This document shows, piece after piece, positions 17,186 through 27,091 of a DNA stretch of 44,413 bases. A program made the position numbers and the translations under genes. Source of the stretch: a virus (taxonomy: Duplodnaviria > Heunggongvirae > Uroviricota > Caudoviricetes). Every line of letters begins with the position of its first letter. Positions within the stretch are counted from its first letter, which is position 1. The DNA lies in the IMG/VR virus record IMGVR_UViG_2657245588_000005, one strand, 5' to 3'. The notes under the pieces were generated by a model, which saw nothing but the letters and a program-made list of their open reading frames with translations, was not told where the DNA came from and did not search any database.

Positions 17186-17521
17186 TTATGGACTTTGTTG
17201 TTTTAGTCCATAAGGACATATTTGCAGAATGCAACGGTTATTAAAGCATTCATTCAATACGTTATCTGTATTTGTAGGGCATTCCTGGCTGTTTTTGATT
17301 AAATTCCAGAATGTTTTATTGAATGGTACTACGTTGTAAATGGTTACAGGTAGCACTTTGTTATTGAGCATGATACCTGTGTGAGTCAGTGTAAATATAC
17401 TTTCAGGAGGTAAGAAAGCATCCGATTGATACCAGATTATTAATTTTACTTTACTCCATATGACTGAAAAAGATATTCCGCATGATGGCTGGATAACTGT
17501 ATCAATTACAATCCACTTCAT
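17186..17521 (-). CDS. Hypothetical protein (111 aa) in AT-rich DNA, antisense to the late operon (moron at the stx-equivalent site)
   Basis: ATG at 17519-17521 with AAGGAAG RBS 6 nt upstream; strongly AT-rich ORF and flank (17186-17760) compared with the surrounding phage DNA; no recognisable motif. Confidence 0.5.
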   Translation of the reverse strand: MKWIVIDTVIQPSCGISFSVIWSKVKLIIWYQSDAFLPPESIFTLTHTGIMLNNKVLPVTIYNVVPFNKTFWNLIKNSQECPTNTDNVLNECFNNRCILQICPYGLKQQSP

Positions 17522-17781
17522 TTAGCTTCCTTGTTTATGCCTTGCTGGTGATGTTCTGAAAAGTATAAATGATATTTTTGAATATAAACCATAGAGCAGA
17601 ATTATTTTTCTGATGTTGTTTATTGTTTATTTAAATGCAGGGTGGTTTATATCTCGTCTTGTAGTTTATCCATGCATATCTGCTTGATGATCAGGTTTCT
17701 ATTTAAGGTATGGTTTTGTGTTTTTTCTGTGTTACATGTCTGGTATTTTAAAGAATTATTTTTCAGATGGTGGAAAGAACC

Positions 17782-17970
17782 ATGGCATTTAAACACTATG
17801 ATGTTGTCAGGGCGGCGCCGCCGTCAGATCTTGCGGAAAAGCTGACACATAAACTGAAAGAGGGCTGGCAGCCGTTTGGTAGTCCGGTGGCCATAACCCC
17901 TTATACCCTGATGCAGGCGATTGCAGCAGAAGGTGATGTGGTGGTCAGTGGTGCAACTGAGCCGGAGTGA
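17782..17970 (+). CDS. Small conserved phage protein upstream of the lysis cassette (possibly DUF1737-like)
   Basis: 62 aa from ATG 17782 with GGTGGAAAG RBS; 'MAFKHYDVVRAAPPSDLAEKLTHKLKEGWQPFGSPV...'. Confidence 0.45.
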   Translation: MAFKHYDVVRAAPPSDLAEKLTHKLKEGWQPFGSPVAITPYTLMQAIAAEGDVVVSGATEPE

Positions 17971-18277
17971 TACTACGTCATCGTACTGGCCCGGCATTCC
18001 AGACCATAAAAGACGGTCTGGCAGTGGGACTAAATGCACTGACGCTGACGGATATTACCAAAAATGCAACGTATGGCGTTGAGATAGAAAGTCTGGTGCT
18101 GGAGATAAATACACCGGCATCATCATAAAAAGTGAGCCAGTCAAATGGAAGGTATCGTTAAACTCACCGGTAGTGTCAGTGGATCGTCTGAGACGCTTGC
18201 ATGAGTTATCAGAGCCATCAGTAGTTAACTGGTGGCTTTTTTATTGTTGTCAGCTTCCGGATAACGGGAGACGGGGT

Positions 18278-18493
18278 ATGGACCAGATGGAAAAAATCAC
18301 AACAGGTGTGTCATACACCACGTCAGCGGTGGGAACGGGCTACTGGTTCCTGCAGTTGCTGGACAGGGTTTCCCCGTCTCAGTGGGCGGCAATAGGCGTG
18401 CTGGGGAGTCTGCTGTTTGGGCTGCTGACATATCTGACTAACCTGTATTTCAAAATCAGAGAGGACCGTCGTAAGGCGGCACGGGGAGAGTAA
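18278..18493 (+). CDS. Class II holin (phage 21 S21 pinholin family) with dual-start motif
   Basis: 71 aa '[71 protein letters not shown]'; M1 and M4 dual starts; two TM segments; matches recalled S21/EssD. Confidence 0.85.
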   Translation: MDQMEKITTGVSYTTSAVGTGYWFLQLLDRVSPSQWAAIGVLGSLLFGLLTYLTNLYFKIREDRRKAARGE

Positions 18494-18497
18494 TTCA

Positions 18498-18848
18498 ATG
18501 ACTCAAAACTATGAACTGATTGTGAAAGGGATCCGCAATTTTGAGAATAAAGTTACGGTAACTTTAGCGTTACGGGACAAAAAACGCTTTGACGGTGAAA
18601 TTTTTGACCTGGACATCTCGCTGGACCGTGTTGAAGGTGCCGCGCTGGAGTTTTATGAGGCAGCAGCCAGAATGAGTATCAGACAGGTCTTCCTGGATGT
18701 TGCTGCCGGGTTATGTGAAGGGGATGAGCAGTCGCCGGAAAAGCGCCCCGTAATTTTAGAGGCGCAGAATGTATGGATAACCTACAAAGGAAAGCTACCG
18801 GGAAGAATTACTGGTTCTCTGAAGACTCCTCCGGAATCACAACCTTAA
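18498..18848 (+). CDS. Hypothetical protein (116 aa) between holin and endolysin
   Basis: ORF starting 5 nt after the holin stop; no motif recognised. Confidence 0.4.
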   Translation: MTQNYELIVKGIRNFENKVTVTLALRDKKRFDGEIFDLDISLDRVEGAALEFYEAAARMSIRQVFLDVAAGLCEGDEQSPEKRPVILEAQNVWITYKGKLPGRITGSLKTPPESQP

Positions 18849-18911
18849 GTCACTGACCGGAACAGATAAACCTGTCCGTGGGCAGAAACCGATAAATCCT
18901 GATAAATATCC

Positions 18912-19445
18912 ATGAACGCAAAAATCAGATACGGCCTGTCGGCTGCCGTTCTGGCACTGATTGCCGTCGGTGCGCCCGCGCCTGATATTCTCGACCAGTT
19001 TCTGGATGAAAAAGAAGGTAACCACACAACGGCATACCGCGATGGGTCCGGCATCTGGACCATCTGTCGGGGTGCCACGATGGTGGATGGAAAACCCGTT
19101 TTTCCCGGTATGAAACTGTCGAAGGAAAAATGCGACCAGGTCAACGCCATTGAGCGTGATAAGGCGCTGGCATGGGTGGAGCGCAATATTAAAGTACTAC
19201 TGACCGAACCACAAAAAGCGGGTATAGCGTCATTCTGTCCCTATAACATTGGCCCCGGTAAGTGTTTCCCGTCGACGTTTTATAAGCGGCTGAATGCCGG
19301 TGATCGTAAGGGCGCATGCGAGGCGATTCGCTGGTGGATAAAAGATGGTGGGCGCGATTGCCGCATACGTTCAAATAACTGCTATGGACAGGTTATTCGT
19401 CGTGACCAGGAAAGCGCATTAGCCTGTTGGGGGATAGAGCAGTGA
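18912..19445 (+). CDS. SAR-endolysin (phage lysozyme, GH24, R21-like) with N-terminal signal-anchor-release domain
   Basis: 177 aa; N-terminal '[14 protein letters not shown]' weakly hydrophobic Ala/Gly-rich segment typical of SAR domains; lysozyme-like body; paired with a pinholin. Confidence 0.8.
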   Translation: MNAKIRYGLSAAVLALIAVGAPAPDILDQFLDEKEGNHTTAYRDGSGIWTICRGATMVDGKPVFPGMKLSKEKCDQVNAIERDKALAWVERNIKVLLTEPQKAGIASFCPYNIGPGKCFPSTFYKRLNAGDRKGACEAIRWWIKDGGRDCRIRSNNCYGQVIRRDQESALACWGIEQ

Positions 19446-19903
19446 GCAGAGTCGCCGCGATTATTTATGCTTTGGTTATCTGCATCATCGTCTGCCTGTC
19501 GTGGGCGGTCAATCATTACCGTGATAACGCCATCGCCTACAAAGAACAGCGTGATAAAAAAGTCAGTGAGCTGAAGCAGGCGATCGCCACTATCGCTGAC
19601 ATGCAGCAGCGTCAGCGTGATGTTGCTGCACTCGATGCAAAGTACTCGAGAGAATTAGCCAATGCGAAAGCTGAAAATGAAACTCTGCGCGCTGATGTTG
19701 CCGCTGGTCGTCGTCGGTTGCACATCAAAGCAGTCTGTCAGTCAGTGCGTGAAGCCACCACCGCCTCCGGCGTGGATAATGCAACCAGCCCCCGACTGGC
19801 AGACACCGCTGAACGGGATTATTTCACCCTCAGAGAGAGGCTGATCACAATGCAAAAACAACTGGAAGGAACCCAGAAGTATATTAATGAGCAGTGCAGA
19901 TAG
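19442..19903 (+). CDS. Spanin inner-membrane subunit Rz (i-spanin)
   Basis: GTG start overlapping the endolysin stop (GTGA); N-terminal TM segment and coiled-coil periplasmic domain; embedded Rz1 ORF in the +1 frame. Confidence 0.75.
   Translation: MSRVAAIIYALVICIIVCLSWAVNHYRDNAIAYKEQRDKKVSELKQAIATIADMQQRQRDVAALDAKYSRELANAKAENETLRADVAAGRRRLHIKAVCQSVREATTASGVDNATSPRLADTAERDYFTLRERLITMQKQLEGTQKYINEQCR
19662..19844 (+). CDS. Spanin outer-membrane lipoprotein subunit Rz1 (o-spanin), embedded in Rz
   Basis: 60 aa with lipobox 'LVVVGC' and proline-rich mature region ([16 protein letters not shown]), entirely inside Rz in another frame. Confidence 0.7.
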   Translation: MRKLKMKLCALMLPLVVVGCTSKQSVSQCVKPPPPPAWIMQPAPDWQTPLNGIISPSERG

Positions 19904-19934
19904 AGCTGCCCATATCGATGGGCAACTCATGCAA

Positions 19935-20228
19935 TTATTGTGAGCAATACACACGCGCTTCCAGTGGAGTATAAATGCCTAAAGTAATAAAACCGAGAAA
20001 TCCATTTACGAATGTTTGCTGGGTTTCTGTTTTAACAACATTTTCTGCGCCGCCACAAATTTTGGCTGCATCAACAGTTTTCTCCTGTCCAATTCCCGAA
20101 ACGAAGAAATGATGGGTGATGGTTTCCTTTGGTGTTACTGCTGTCGGTTTGTTTCCAACAGTAAACGTCTGTTGAGCACATCCTGTAATAAGCATTGCCA
20201 GAGCGGCAGAAAACAACATTTTTTTCAT
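19935..20228 (-). CDS. bor: Bor lipoprotein (serum-resistance lysogenic-conversion protein)
   Basis: 97 aa 'MKKMLFSAALAMLITGCAQQTFTV...LEARVYCSQ' with lipobox ITGC; matches recalled lambda Bor; antisense to the late genes. Confidence 0.85.
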   Translation of the reverse strand: MKKMLFSAALAMLITGCAQQTFTVGNKPTAVTPKETITHHFFVSGIGQEKTVDAAKICGGAENVVKTETQQTFVNGFLGFITLGIYTPLEARVYCSQ

Positions 20229-20753
20229 CTTATTATCCTGCATTGTTAAAAACGGCAGAATCCTATGTGACAACAATTAAACGATAGTTAAATGGATTGA
20301 TGAAAATTAAAACTATATAGGTGGATGCTCAGCCTATTGGAGGTAGTCAGGATTTGAATGTCAGTCTGTTGTCGGCATTCTGGCAATGCAATTTGGATAA
20401 AGCGGGGATTAAAAAGATAGAGGCGAGCCGGTCAGGTAGAAATGAATCAGGCTCAAAGTGAAGCGGAAAAGGTCTGTGGCACAAGCTGATGCAGCCATAA
20501 TTACAGCCTGATGATTTGTGGAATGAAACATGTTGAACCTCCTTAATTGATGTTATTCGAGTGATGAAGGCATTCTGTCCTTCTATAGTGTCCAGTAAAT
20601 CAAACAGGAAACTTGTCCAACGTGTTGGACAAGCCTCTCCATTAGTGAGTTGTATTGATCACAACTCTACAAAGAATTCATTACTGGGTAGATGAAAATA
20701 GTTTCACTATGAATGGAGGAGGCTATGTCGGTGGCTTCTTCATTGGAGTACAT

Positions 20754-21104
20754 ATGCCCCCACGAATCCCACGCGCCTGCCGTAAGCGTGGATGTGCAGG
20801 TACAACCACAGACAGTTCTGGTTACTGCGATAAACATCGTGGCGAAGGATGGGTACAGCATCAACGCGGACTGAGCCGCCACCAGCGTGGCTATGGCTCG
20901 AAATGGGATGCCATACGTGCGCGCATACTGAAGCGTGATAATCATCTGTGTCAGAACTGCCTGCGCAATGGGAGAGCCGTTGAAGCCAGAACTGTGGACC
21001 ACATCATTCCGAAAGCTCATGGTGGCACGGATGCAGACAGTAACCTGCAGAGTCTGTGCTGGCCCTGTCATAAAGCAAAAACAGCGCGCGAACGCCTCAA
21101 TTGA
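20754..21104 (+). CDS. HNH endonuclease (terminase-associated)
   Basis: 116 aa from ATG 20754 (GGAG RBS); 'DHIIPKAHGGTDADSNLQSLCWPCHKAKT' HNH motif plus N-terminal Cys cluster; directly upstream of TerS/TerL. Confidence 0.75.
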   Translation: MPPRIPRACRKRGCAGTTTDSSGYCDKHRGEGWVQHQRGLSRHQRGYGSKWDAIRARILKRDNHLCQNCLRNGRAVEARTVDHIIPKAHGGTDADSNLQSLCWPCHKAKTARERLN

Positions 21105-21251
21105 TAACAGTTCCCATCTGTAGGGGAGGGGCAGGTCAAATCTCTGCAACCCTGGCTGCTCAGTACCGCCGCCTGACCTTTCCTCGCATCGCCGCAGGTT
21201 CGAAAACTTTTTTTTGGAATGTGATTAAATGATTGATAGGTAAAATCGATT

Positions 21252-21734
21252 ATGTCTGGACCCCCGAAAACCCCGCCACGCCTGCATTTGATACGAGGTA
21301 ACCCCTCAAAGCGGCCAGTTAAAGACTCCAAAAAAACCGCTAAAAAGGATGAAAAAGGTCTCCCTAAAATTCCGCAACATTTAGGGGCGCAGGGGAAGTA
21401 CTGGTTCAGGCGAATGGCGGAAGAGCTGAATGCGGAAGGGATCATTTCTCAGCTCGATGCACGTGCGCTCGAGTTACTGGTGGAAGCCTACACCGAATAC
21501 CGGCATCACTGCGAAATACTCGATGTTGAGGGTTATACCTACCGCACGGAAACGCAGAATGGCGATGTGCTGATCAAGGCACACCCGGCTGCTGCGATGA
21601 AGGCTGATGCCTGGAAGCGGATTCGGGCGATGCTTGCAGAGTTTGGTATGTCACCGGCAAGCCGGGCGAAAGTAAATACCGCCGGACCGGATGATGTTGA
21701 TCCGCTGGCAGAGCTTTTAAAAGCGAGAGACTGA
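21252..21734 (+). CDS. Terminase small subunit (P27-family)
   Basis: 160 aa; position between HNH and the large terminase; stop overlaps the TerL start. Confidence 0.7.
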   Translation: MSGPPKTPPRLHLIRGNPSKRPVKDSKKTAKKDEKGLPKIPQHLGAQGKYWFRRMAEELNAEGIISQLDARALELLVEAYTEYRHHCEILDVEGYTYRTETQNGDVLIKAHPAAAMKADAWKRIRAMLAEFGMSPASRAKVNTAGPDDVDPLAELLKARD

Positions 21735-23491
21735 TGGCAAAAGTGGCTGACGGGATCCGCTACGCCGAACGTGTTGTTGCAGGAGAAATTGTTGCTGGCG
21801 AATTTGTCCGTCTGGCCTGCCAGCGTTTTCTTGATGATCTGAAGTACGGCGAAGAGCGGGGGATTTATTTCAGTGAACCCCGTGCACAGCACATCCTTAA
21901 TTTCTACAAATTTGTACCCCATGTGAAAGGGGCGCTGGCAGGTCAGCCCATTGAGTTGATGGACTGGCATGTGTTTATCCTCATTAATATTTTTGGTTTT
22001 GTCATTCCGCTGGTGAATGAAGAAACCGGGGAAGTTGTCATGCGCAGCGATGGCAGTGGACGCCCGGTGATGGTGCGCCGGTTCCGGACAGCATACAACG
22101 AAGTTGCCCGTAAAAACGCAAAATCAACCCTGTCATCGGGTATCGGTCTGTATATGACGGGGGCAGATGGTGAAGGCGGGGCTGAGGTGTATTCAGCCGC
22201 AACCACGCGTGACCAGGCCAGAATTGTGTTTGAAGACGCCAAAAATATGGTCAGAAAAGCCCGGTCGACACTCGGGCGGTTGTTTGATTTCAACAAGCTG
22301 GCGATTTACCAGGAGCAGAGCGCATCAAAATTTGAACCGCTTTCCTCGGATGCAAACAACCTGGACGGTCTGAACATCCACTGCGCCATTATTGATGAGC
22401 TGCATGCTCATAAAACCCGTGACGTGTGGGACGTTCTGGAAACGGCAACCGGTGCCCGTCTGCAGTCTCTGTTATTTGGCATCACCACGGCTGGCTTTAA
22501 CAAGGAAGGGATTTGCTACGAGCAGCGCGATTACGCCATTAAGGTATTGCGAGGCTATAACAGCGACGTGGAGGGCGCGGTAAAAGACGACTCCTACTTT
22601 GCGATCATTTACACGCTCGATGAGGGAGATGATCCGTTTGATGAAACGGTCTGGCAGAAAGCGAATCCTGGCCTGGGCATCTGTAAACGCTGGGATGATC
22701 TGCGTCGTCTGGCGAAAAAAGCGAAGGAGCAGGTCTCTGCGCGGGTGAATTTTTTTACCAAACACATGAATGTGTGGGTCACTGCCGAATCTGCCTGGAT
22801 GGATATGATTAAGTGGGAGAAGTGCGAATACATTGCTCCACAACATGAGCTGAAAACATATCCCATGTGGGTCGGCGTCGACCTTGCTCATAAGATTGAT
22901 ATCTGTGCGGCGGCAAAACTCTGGCGAACCGATAACGGACATGTTCATGCTGATTTTAAATTCTGGCTTCCGGAAGGACGGCTGGAGCGATGCTCGCGGC
23001 AGCAGGCAGAACTTTACCGGAAGTGGGCGGAGATGGATAAGCTCATCCTGACGGATGGTGATGTTATCGATCATGCTCAGATAAAAAGTGACTTACTGGA
23101 ATGGATTGGCGGTGAAAACCTCAGGGAACTGGGATTTGACCCGTGGAGCGCAATGCAGTTCAGCCTGGCACTGGCTGAAGAAGGGATACCGCTGGTGGAG
23201 GTTCCGCAGACGGTCCGCAATCTGTCAGAGGCCATGAAGGAAACGGAATCACTGGTTTATGCCGGGCGTTTCCATCACAGCAATCATCCGGTCATGAACT
23301 GGATGATGTCTAACGTTACGGTAAAACCGGACAAAAACGACAACATCTTCCCGAATAAATCCACGCCTGAAGCCAAAATCGACGGCCCTGTTGCGCTTTT
23401 TACGGCCATGAGCCGCTTTCTGGTAAATGGCGGGGGCGTGAATGACTTTCTGTCCACGCTTGATCCTGATGAGGACCTGTTAATTCTGTGA
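21734..23491 (+). CDS. Terminase large subunit (HK97-type)
   Basis: 585 aa with Walker A-like 'RKNAKSTLSSGIGLY' and C-terminal nuclease region; canonical position. Confidence 0.9.
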   Translation: MAKVADGIRYAERVVAGEIVAGEFVRLACQRFLDDLKYGEERGIYFSEPRAQHILNFYKFVPHVKGALAGQPIELMDWHVFILINIFGFVIPLVNEETGEVVMRSDGSGRPVMVRRFRTAYNEVARKNAKSTLSSGIGLYMTGADGEGGAEVYSAATTRDQARIVFEDAKNMVRKARSTLGRLFDFNKLAIYQEQSASKFEPLSSDANNLDGLNIHCAIIDELHAHKTRDVWDVLETATGARLQSLLFGITTAGFNKEGICYEQRDYAIKVLRGYNSDVEGAVKDDSYFAIIYTLDEGDDPFDETVWQKANPGLGICKRWDDLRRLAKKAKEQVSARVNFFTKHMNVWVTAESAWMDMIKWEKCEYIAPQHELKTYPMWVGVDLAHKIDICAAAKLWRTDNGHVHADFKFWLPEGRLERCSRQQAELYRKWAEMDKLILTDGDVIDHAQIKSDLLEWIGGENLRELGFDPWSAMQFSLALAEEGIPLVEVPQTVRNLSEAMKETESLVYAGRFHHSNHPVMNWMMSNVTVKPDKNDNIFPNKSTPEAKIDGPVALFTAMSRFLVNGGGVNDFLSTLDPDEDLLIL

Positions 23492-23649
23492 AACAGCTTA
23501 TTACTGATATGACCGGGCTGATCGGTTTCGGTTTGCTCACTGCTGGCGTTTATCTGTATGCAGGTCTGCCAGCGTCTCTGATGCTGTCGGGCTGTTTGTT
23601 GCTGCTTTATGCACTGGTAGTGTCCATGAGGAGAAAACATGCTTCTTGA
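23488..23649 (+). CDS. Possible small hydrophobic protein between terminase and portal (53 aa)
   Basis: GTG at 23488 overlapping the TerL stop; hydrophobic product; not in the ORF track (under 60 aa). Confidence 0.25.
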   Translation: MKQLITDMTGLIGFGLLTAGVYLYAGLPASLMLSGCLLLLYALVVSMRRKHAS

Positions 23650-24865
23650 TGCTCTGTTTCGCAGTGAGTCTCTGGAAAATCCCTCGGTTCCGGTAACCGG
23701 AGAGGCCGCTGAGACGGATAATATTTTTGCCCGGGATGTGTATGTCAGTCCGGAAACATCCATGAAGCTGGCTGCTGTCTATGCCTGTATTTATGTTATT
23801 TCATCCAGTGTGGCTCAGATGCCCCTGCATGTGATGCGAAAAACGAATGAGCATGTTCAGCCTGCACGCGATCATCCGTTGTTCTGGCTCGTTCATGATG
23901 AACCTAATGCCTGGCAGACCAGCTATAAGTGGCGGGAACTGAAGCAGCGTCATGTGCTGGGGTGGGGCAATGGTTATACGTGGGTAAAACGTAATCGTCG
24001 TGGAGAGGTTACCAGCCTTGAATGCTGTATGCCATGGGAAACCACGTTACTTAACACCGGTGGGCGTCATACTTACGGGGTGTATAACGAAGAGGGTGCA
24101 TTTGCGGTAAGTCCGGACGACATGATCCATATCAGGGCGCTGGGAAACAATCAGAAAATGGGACTGAGCCCGATCATGCAGCATGCTGAAACCATTGGTA
24201 TGGGAATGAGTGGCCAGCAGTATACCAGCGCCTTTTTTAACGGTAATGCCCGTCCTGCCGGTATTATTTCTGTGAAAAATGAACTGAACGAACAGAGCTG
24301 GGGCAGGCTTAAAAATATGTGGCAGCGGGCGGTGACAGCGCTTCGCAGCCAGGAAAATAAAACCATGCTGTTGCCTGCGCAACTGGATTACCGCGCTCTG
24401 ACAGTTTCTCCGGTGGATGCTCAGATCATTGATATGACCAAGCTGAACAGGTCGATGATTGCAGGGATTTTTAATGTCCCGGCGCACATGATTAATGACC
24501 TGGAAAAAGCCACATTTTCGAATATTACGCAGCAGGCGATTCAGTTTGTTCGCTACACGATGATGCCCTGGGTTGCGAACTGGGAGCAGGAGCTTAACCG
24601 TCGCCTGTTTACCCGTACAGAACGGGCTGCCGGGTATTACGTTCGTTTTAACCTCACGGGGTTGCTCCGTGGGACCCCACAGGAGCGTGCGCAGTTCTAT
24701 CACTTTGCCATTACAGATGGCTGGATGAGTCGGAATGAAGCCAGGGCATTTGAGGATATGAACCCGGTTGACGGTCTGGATGAAATGCTGGTCAGCGTAA
24801 ATGCAGCAAATCCGTTGAATAACTTTAAAGATACGAAAGGCAAAGAGGAAAAGAACGATGAATGA
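23639..24865 (+). CDS. Portal protein (HK97 family)
   Basis: 408 aa with GAGGAG RBS; canonical position after the terminase. Confidence 0.9.
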   Translation: MLLDALFRSESLENPSVPVTGEAAETDNIFARDVYVSPETSMKLAAVYACIYVISSSVAQMPLHVMRKTNEHVQPARDHPLFWLVHDEPNAWQTSYKWRELKQRHVLGWGNGYTWVKRNRRGEVTSLECCMPWETTLLNTGGRHTYGVYNEEGAFAVSPDDMIHIRALGNNQKMGLSPIMQHAETIGMGMSGQQYTSAFFNGNARPAGIISVKNELNEQSWGRLKNMWQRAVTALRSQENKTMLLPAQLDYRALTVSPVDAQIIDMTKLNRSMIAGIFNVPAHMINDLEKATFSNITQQAIQFVRYTMMPWVANWEQELNRRLFTRTERAAGYYVRFNLTGLLRGTPQERAQFYHFAITDGWMSRNEARAFEDMNPVDGLDEMLVSVNAANPLNNFKDTKGKEEKNDE

Positions 24866-25457
24866 CCGTGAAACGCGCTGTTACAGCGGGGAGGTGCGGG
24901 CGGAACAATATGATAATGCCCCGACCCACATTCTGGGGTATGGCTCGGTATTTAACAGTCGTTCAGAACCTCTGTGGGGATTTCGTGAAATCATCAAGCC
25001 GGGGGCTTTTGATGATGTACTGAATGATGATGTACGTGGCTTGTTTAATCATGATCCTAATTTCATTCTCGGACGAAGTTCTGCCGGCACATTGTCATTG
25101 TCGGTGGATGAACGCGGTTTACGTTATGACATTGTTGCACCGGATACTCCGACTATTTGTGACCTGGTGCTGTCTCCAATGTTGCGTGGTGACATTAACC
25201 AGTCCTCGTTCGCGTTTCGTGTCGCCCGTGACGGAGAGAGCTGGTATGAAGACGACGAGGGGATTGTTATCCGGGAAATCACGCGCATTTCTCGTCTGTA
25301 TGACGTCAGCCCGGTGACATATCCGGCCTATCAGGACGCAGACTCCGGTGTCCGCTCAATGAAAGCCTGGCAGGAAGCGCGGGCGAGTGGTGCGCTGAAG
25401 AAAGCTGTTAATGAACGAATGGCGCGTGAGCGCCTTTTGACCCTTCTTAATGCATAA
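24858..25457 (+). CDS. Prohead maturation protease (HK97 family)
   Basis: 199 aa; overlaps the portal 3' end; precedes the major capsid gene. Confidence 0.85.
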   Translation: MNDRETRCYSGEVRAEQYDNAPTHILGYGSVFNSRSEPLWGFREIIKPGAFDDVLNDDVRGLFNHDPNFILGRSSAGTLSLSVDERGLRYDIVAPDTPTICDLVLSPMLRGDINQSSFAFRVARDGESWYEDDEGIVIREITRISRLYDVSPVTYPAYQDADSGVRSMKAWQEARASGALKKAVNERMARERLLTLLNA

Positions 25458-25471
25458 GGATACTACTGACG

Positions 25472-26689
25472 ATGAAACTTCATGAGATGAAGCAAAAACG
25501 AAACACCATTGCAAAGGATATGCGTGCACTGCATGAAAAAATTGGTGATAACGCATGGACTGATGAGCAACGGGCAGAGTGGAACAGGGCGAAAGCTGAG
25601 CTGGATGCGCTGGATGAGCAAATCGCCCGTGAAGAAGAGTTGCGCCGTCAGGATCAGGCATATGTGGATGAGTCCGGGCCGGAAGAGCGCCAGAATAATG
25701 AGGCGGAGAACGGGAAAAAGGCGGTGGAAGAGAAGCGTGCTGCGGCATTTAACCGTTTTCTGCGTGCCGGATTTGCAGAACTGAATGCTGAAGAGCGTAA
25801 TCTGATGCGTGAACTGCGGGCTCAGAGTGTAACAACGGATTCTCAGGGCGGATATACGGTGCCCACGCAGATGCGTAACAAAATCATTGACACCATGAAG
25901 GCTTATGGCGGGATTGCCAGTGTGGCGCAACTTCTGACCACATCAACCGGGCAGGATATCACCTGGTCAACGTCTGATGGCACGACTGAAGAGGGCGAAC
26001 TGCTGGCGGAAAATACAGCCGCAACGGAACAGGATGTGACGTTCGGGACCGCTATTCTGGGGGCTAAAAAGCTGTCATCAAAAATAATTCGTGTGTCCAA
26101 TGAGCTGCTCCAGGACAGTGGGGTGGATATTGAATCTTATCTGGCAAACCGTATTGCCCAGCGTATTGGTCGTGGAGAGGCAAAATATCTGGTTCAGGGG
26201 ACCGGAACGGGATCACCGTTACAGCCAAAAGGGCTGGCAGCGTCGGTGACGGGAACCATCCAGACTGCAGCCTCTGCCGCTTTCACCTGGAAAGAAATGA
26301 ATGCCCTGAAACATGCCATTGATCCGGCATATCGTGGTGGGCCGAAATACCGCTGGGCATTCAATGATGCCACATTGCAGACTATTGAAGAGATGGAGGA
26401 TGGACAGAAACGCCCGTTATGGCTGCCGGATATTGCAGGCGGTACGCCGGCTACTGTGCTGGGGATCCCTTATGTTATTGATCAGGCTATTGACGGGATT
26501 GGTACTGGAAAAAAATTCATTTTCCTGGGGGATTTCAACCGCTTTATCATTCGCCGCGTTACTTATATGGAACTGAAACGTCTGGTTGAGCGTTATGCTG
26601 AGTTTGATCAGGTGGCATTTCTGGCTTTCCATCGTTTTGACTGTGTGCTGGAAGATGTGGCAGCCATCAAGGCGCTCACTGGCAAATAA
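25472..26689 (+). CDS. Major capsid protein (HK97 fold) with N-terminal coiled-coil delta domain
   Basis: 405 aa; charged coiled-coil N-terminus then capsid body; strong terminator downstream. Confidence 0.9.
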   Translation: MKLHEMKQKRNTIAKDMRALHEKIGDNAWTDEQRAEWNRAKAELDALDEQIAREEELRRQDQAYVDESGPEERQNNEAENGKKAVEEKRAAAFNRFLRAGFAELNAEERNLMRELRAQSVTTDSQGGYTVPTQMRNKIIDTMKAYGGIASVAQLLTTSTGQDITWSTSDGTTEEGELLAENTAATEQDVTFGTAILGAKKLSSKIIRVSNELLQDSGVDIESYLANRIAQRIGRGEAKYLVQGTGTGSPLQPKGLAASVTGTIQTAASAAFTWKEMNALKHAIDPAYRGGPKYRWAFNDATLQTIEEMEDGQKRPLWLPDIAGGTPATVLGIPYVIDQAIDGIGTGKKFIFLGDFNRFIIRRVTYMELKRLVERYAEFDQVAFLAFHRFDCVLEDVAAIKALTGK

Positions 26690-26710
26690 CCACTCGTTGT
26701 TCAGTTACAG

Positions 26711-26732
26711 ACCGCGCCGACGCGGTTTTTTT
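26711..26732 (+). terminator. Rho-independent terminator after the major capsid gene
   Basis: ACCGCG-CCGA-CGCGGT hairpin followed by TTTTTTT. Confidence 0.75.
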
Positions 26733-26765
26733 ATGCCCGCACAGTGTTGCGGGCAGGAGTTTCTG

Positions 26766-27083
26766 ATGGCAGCAATAGTGGAAAAACTCAGGGCGCAGTG
26801 CCGTATTGATACAGATGATGCAACTGATGATGAGTTACTGATGCTGTATTTCCGGGCTGCCTGCCGCAAGGCAGAAAATTTTATCAACCGTAAGCTTTAT
26901 GAGGAGACGGTGCCGGAAGGTGATCCTGAAGGGGTGCTTATAGCTGATGATGTTTTGCTGGCGCTCATGTTGCTGGTCGGGCACTGGTGCGAAAACCGGG
27001 AAAATTCCTCAGATGTCAGTAAGGCACCAGTCCCGTTTGGTTTTTCTTCTCTGCTGGAGCCTTATCGTTTTATTCCTTTGTAG
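26766..27083 (+). CDS. Head-tail connector / DNA-packaging adaptor protein
   Basis: 105 aa from ATG 26766 with GCAGGAG RBS; first gene after the capsid terminator. Confidence 0.65.
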   Translation: MAAIVEKLRAQCRIDTDDATDDELLMLYFRAACRKAENFINRKLYEETVPEGDPEGVLIADDVLLALMLLVGHWCENRENSSDVSKAPVPFGFSSLLEPYRFIPL

Positions 27084-27091
27084 GAGGAGAC

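Noticed and set aside
17967-18128. Possible 53-aa ORF (GTG start) between the DUF1737-like gene and the holin
   Set aside because: No convincing RBS, non-ATG start and under 60 aa; insufficient evidence to call it, though a real small gene is not excluded.
22472-24703. 200-aa and 218-aa minus-strand ORFs opposite terminase and portal
   Set aside because: Antisense to well-supported terminase large subunit and portal CDSs.
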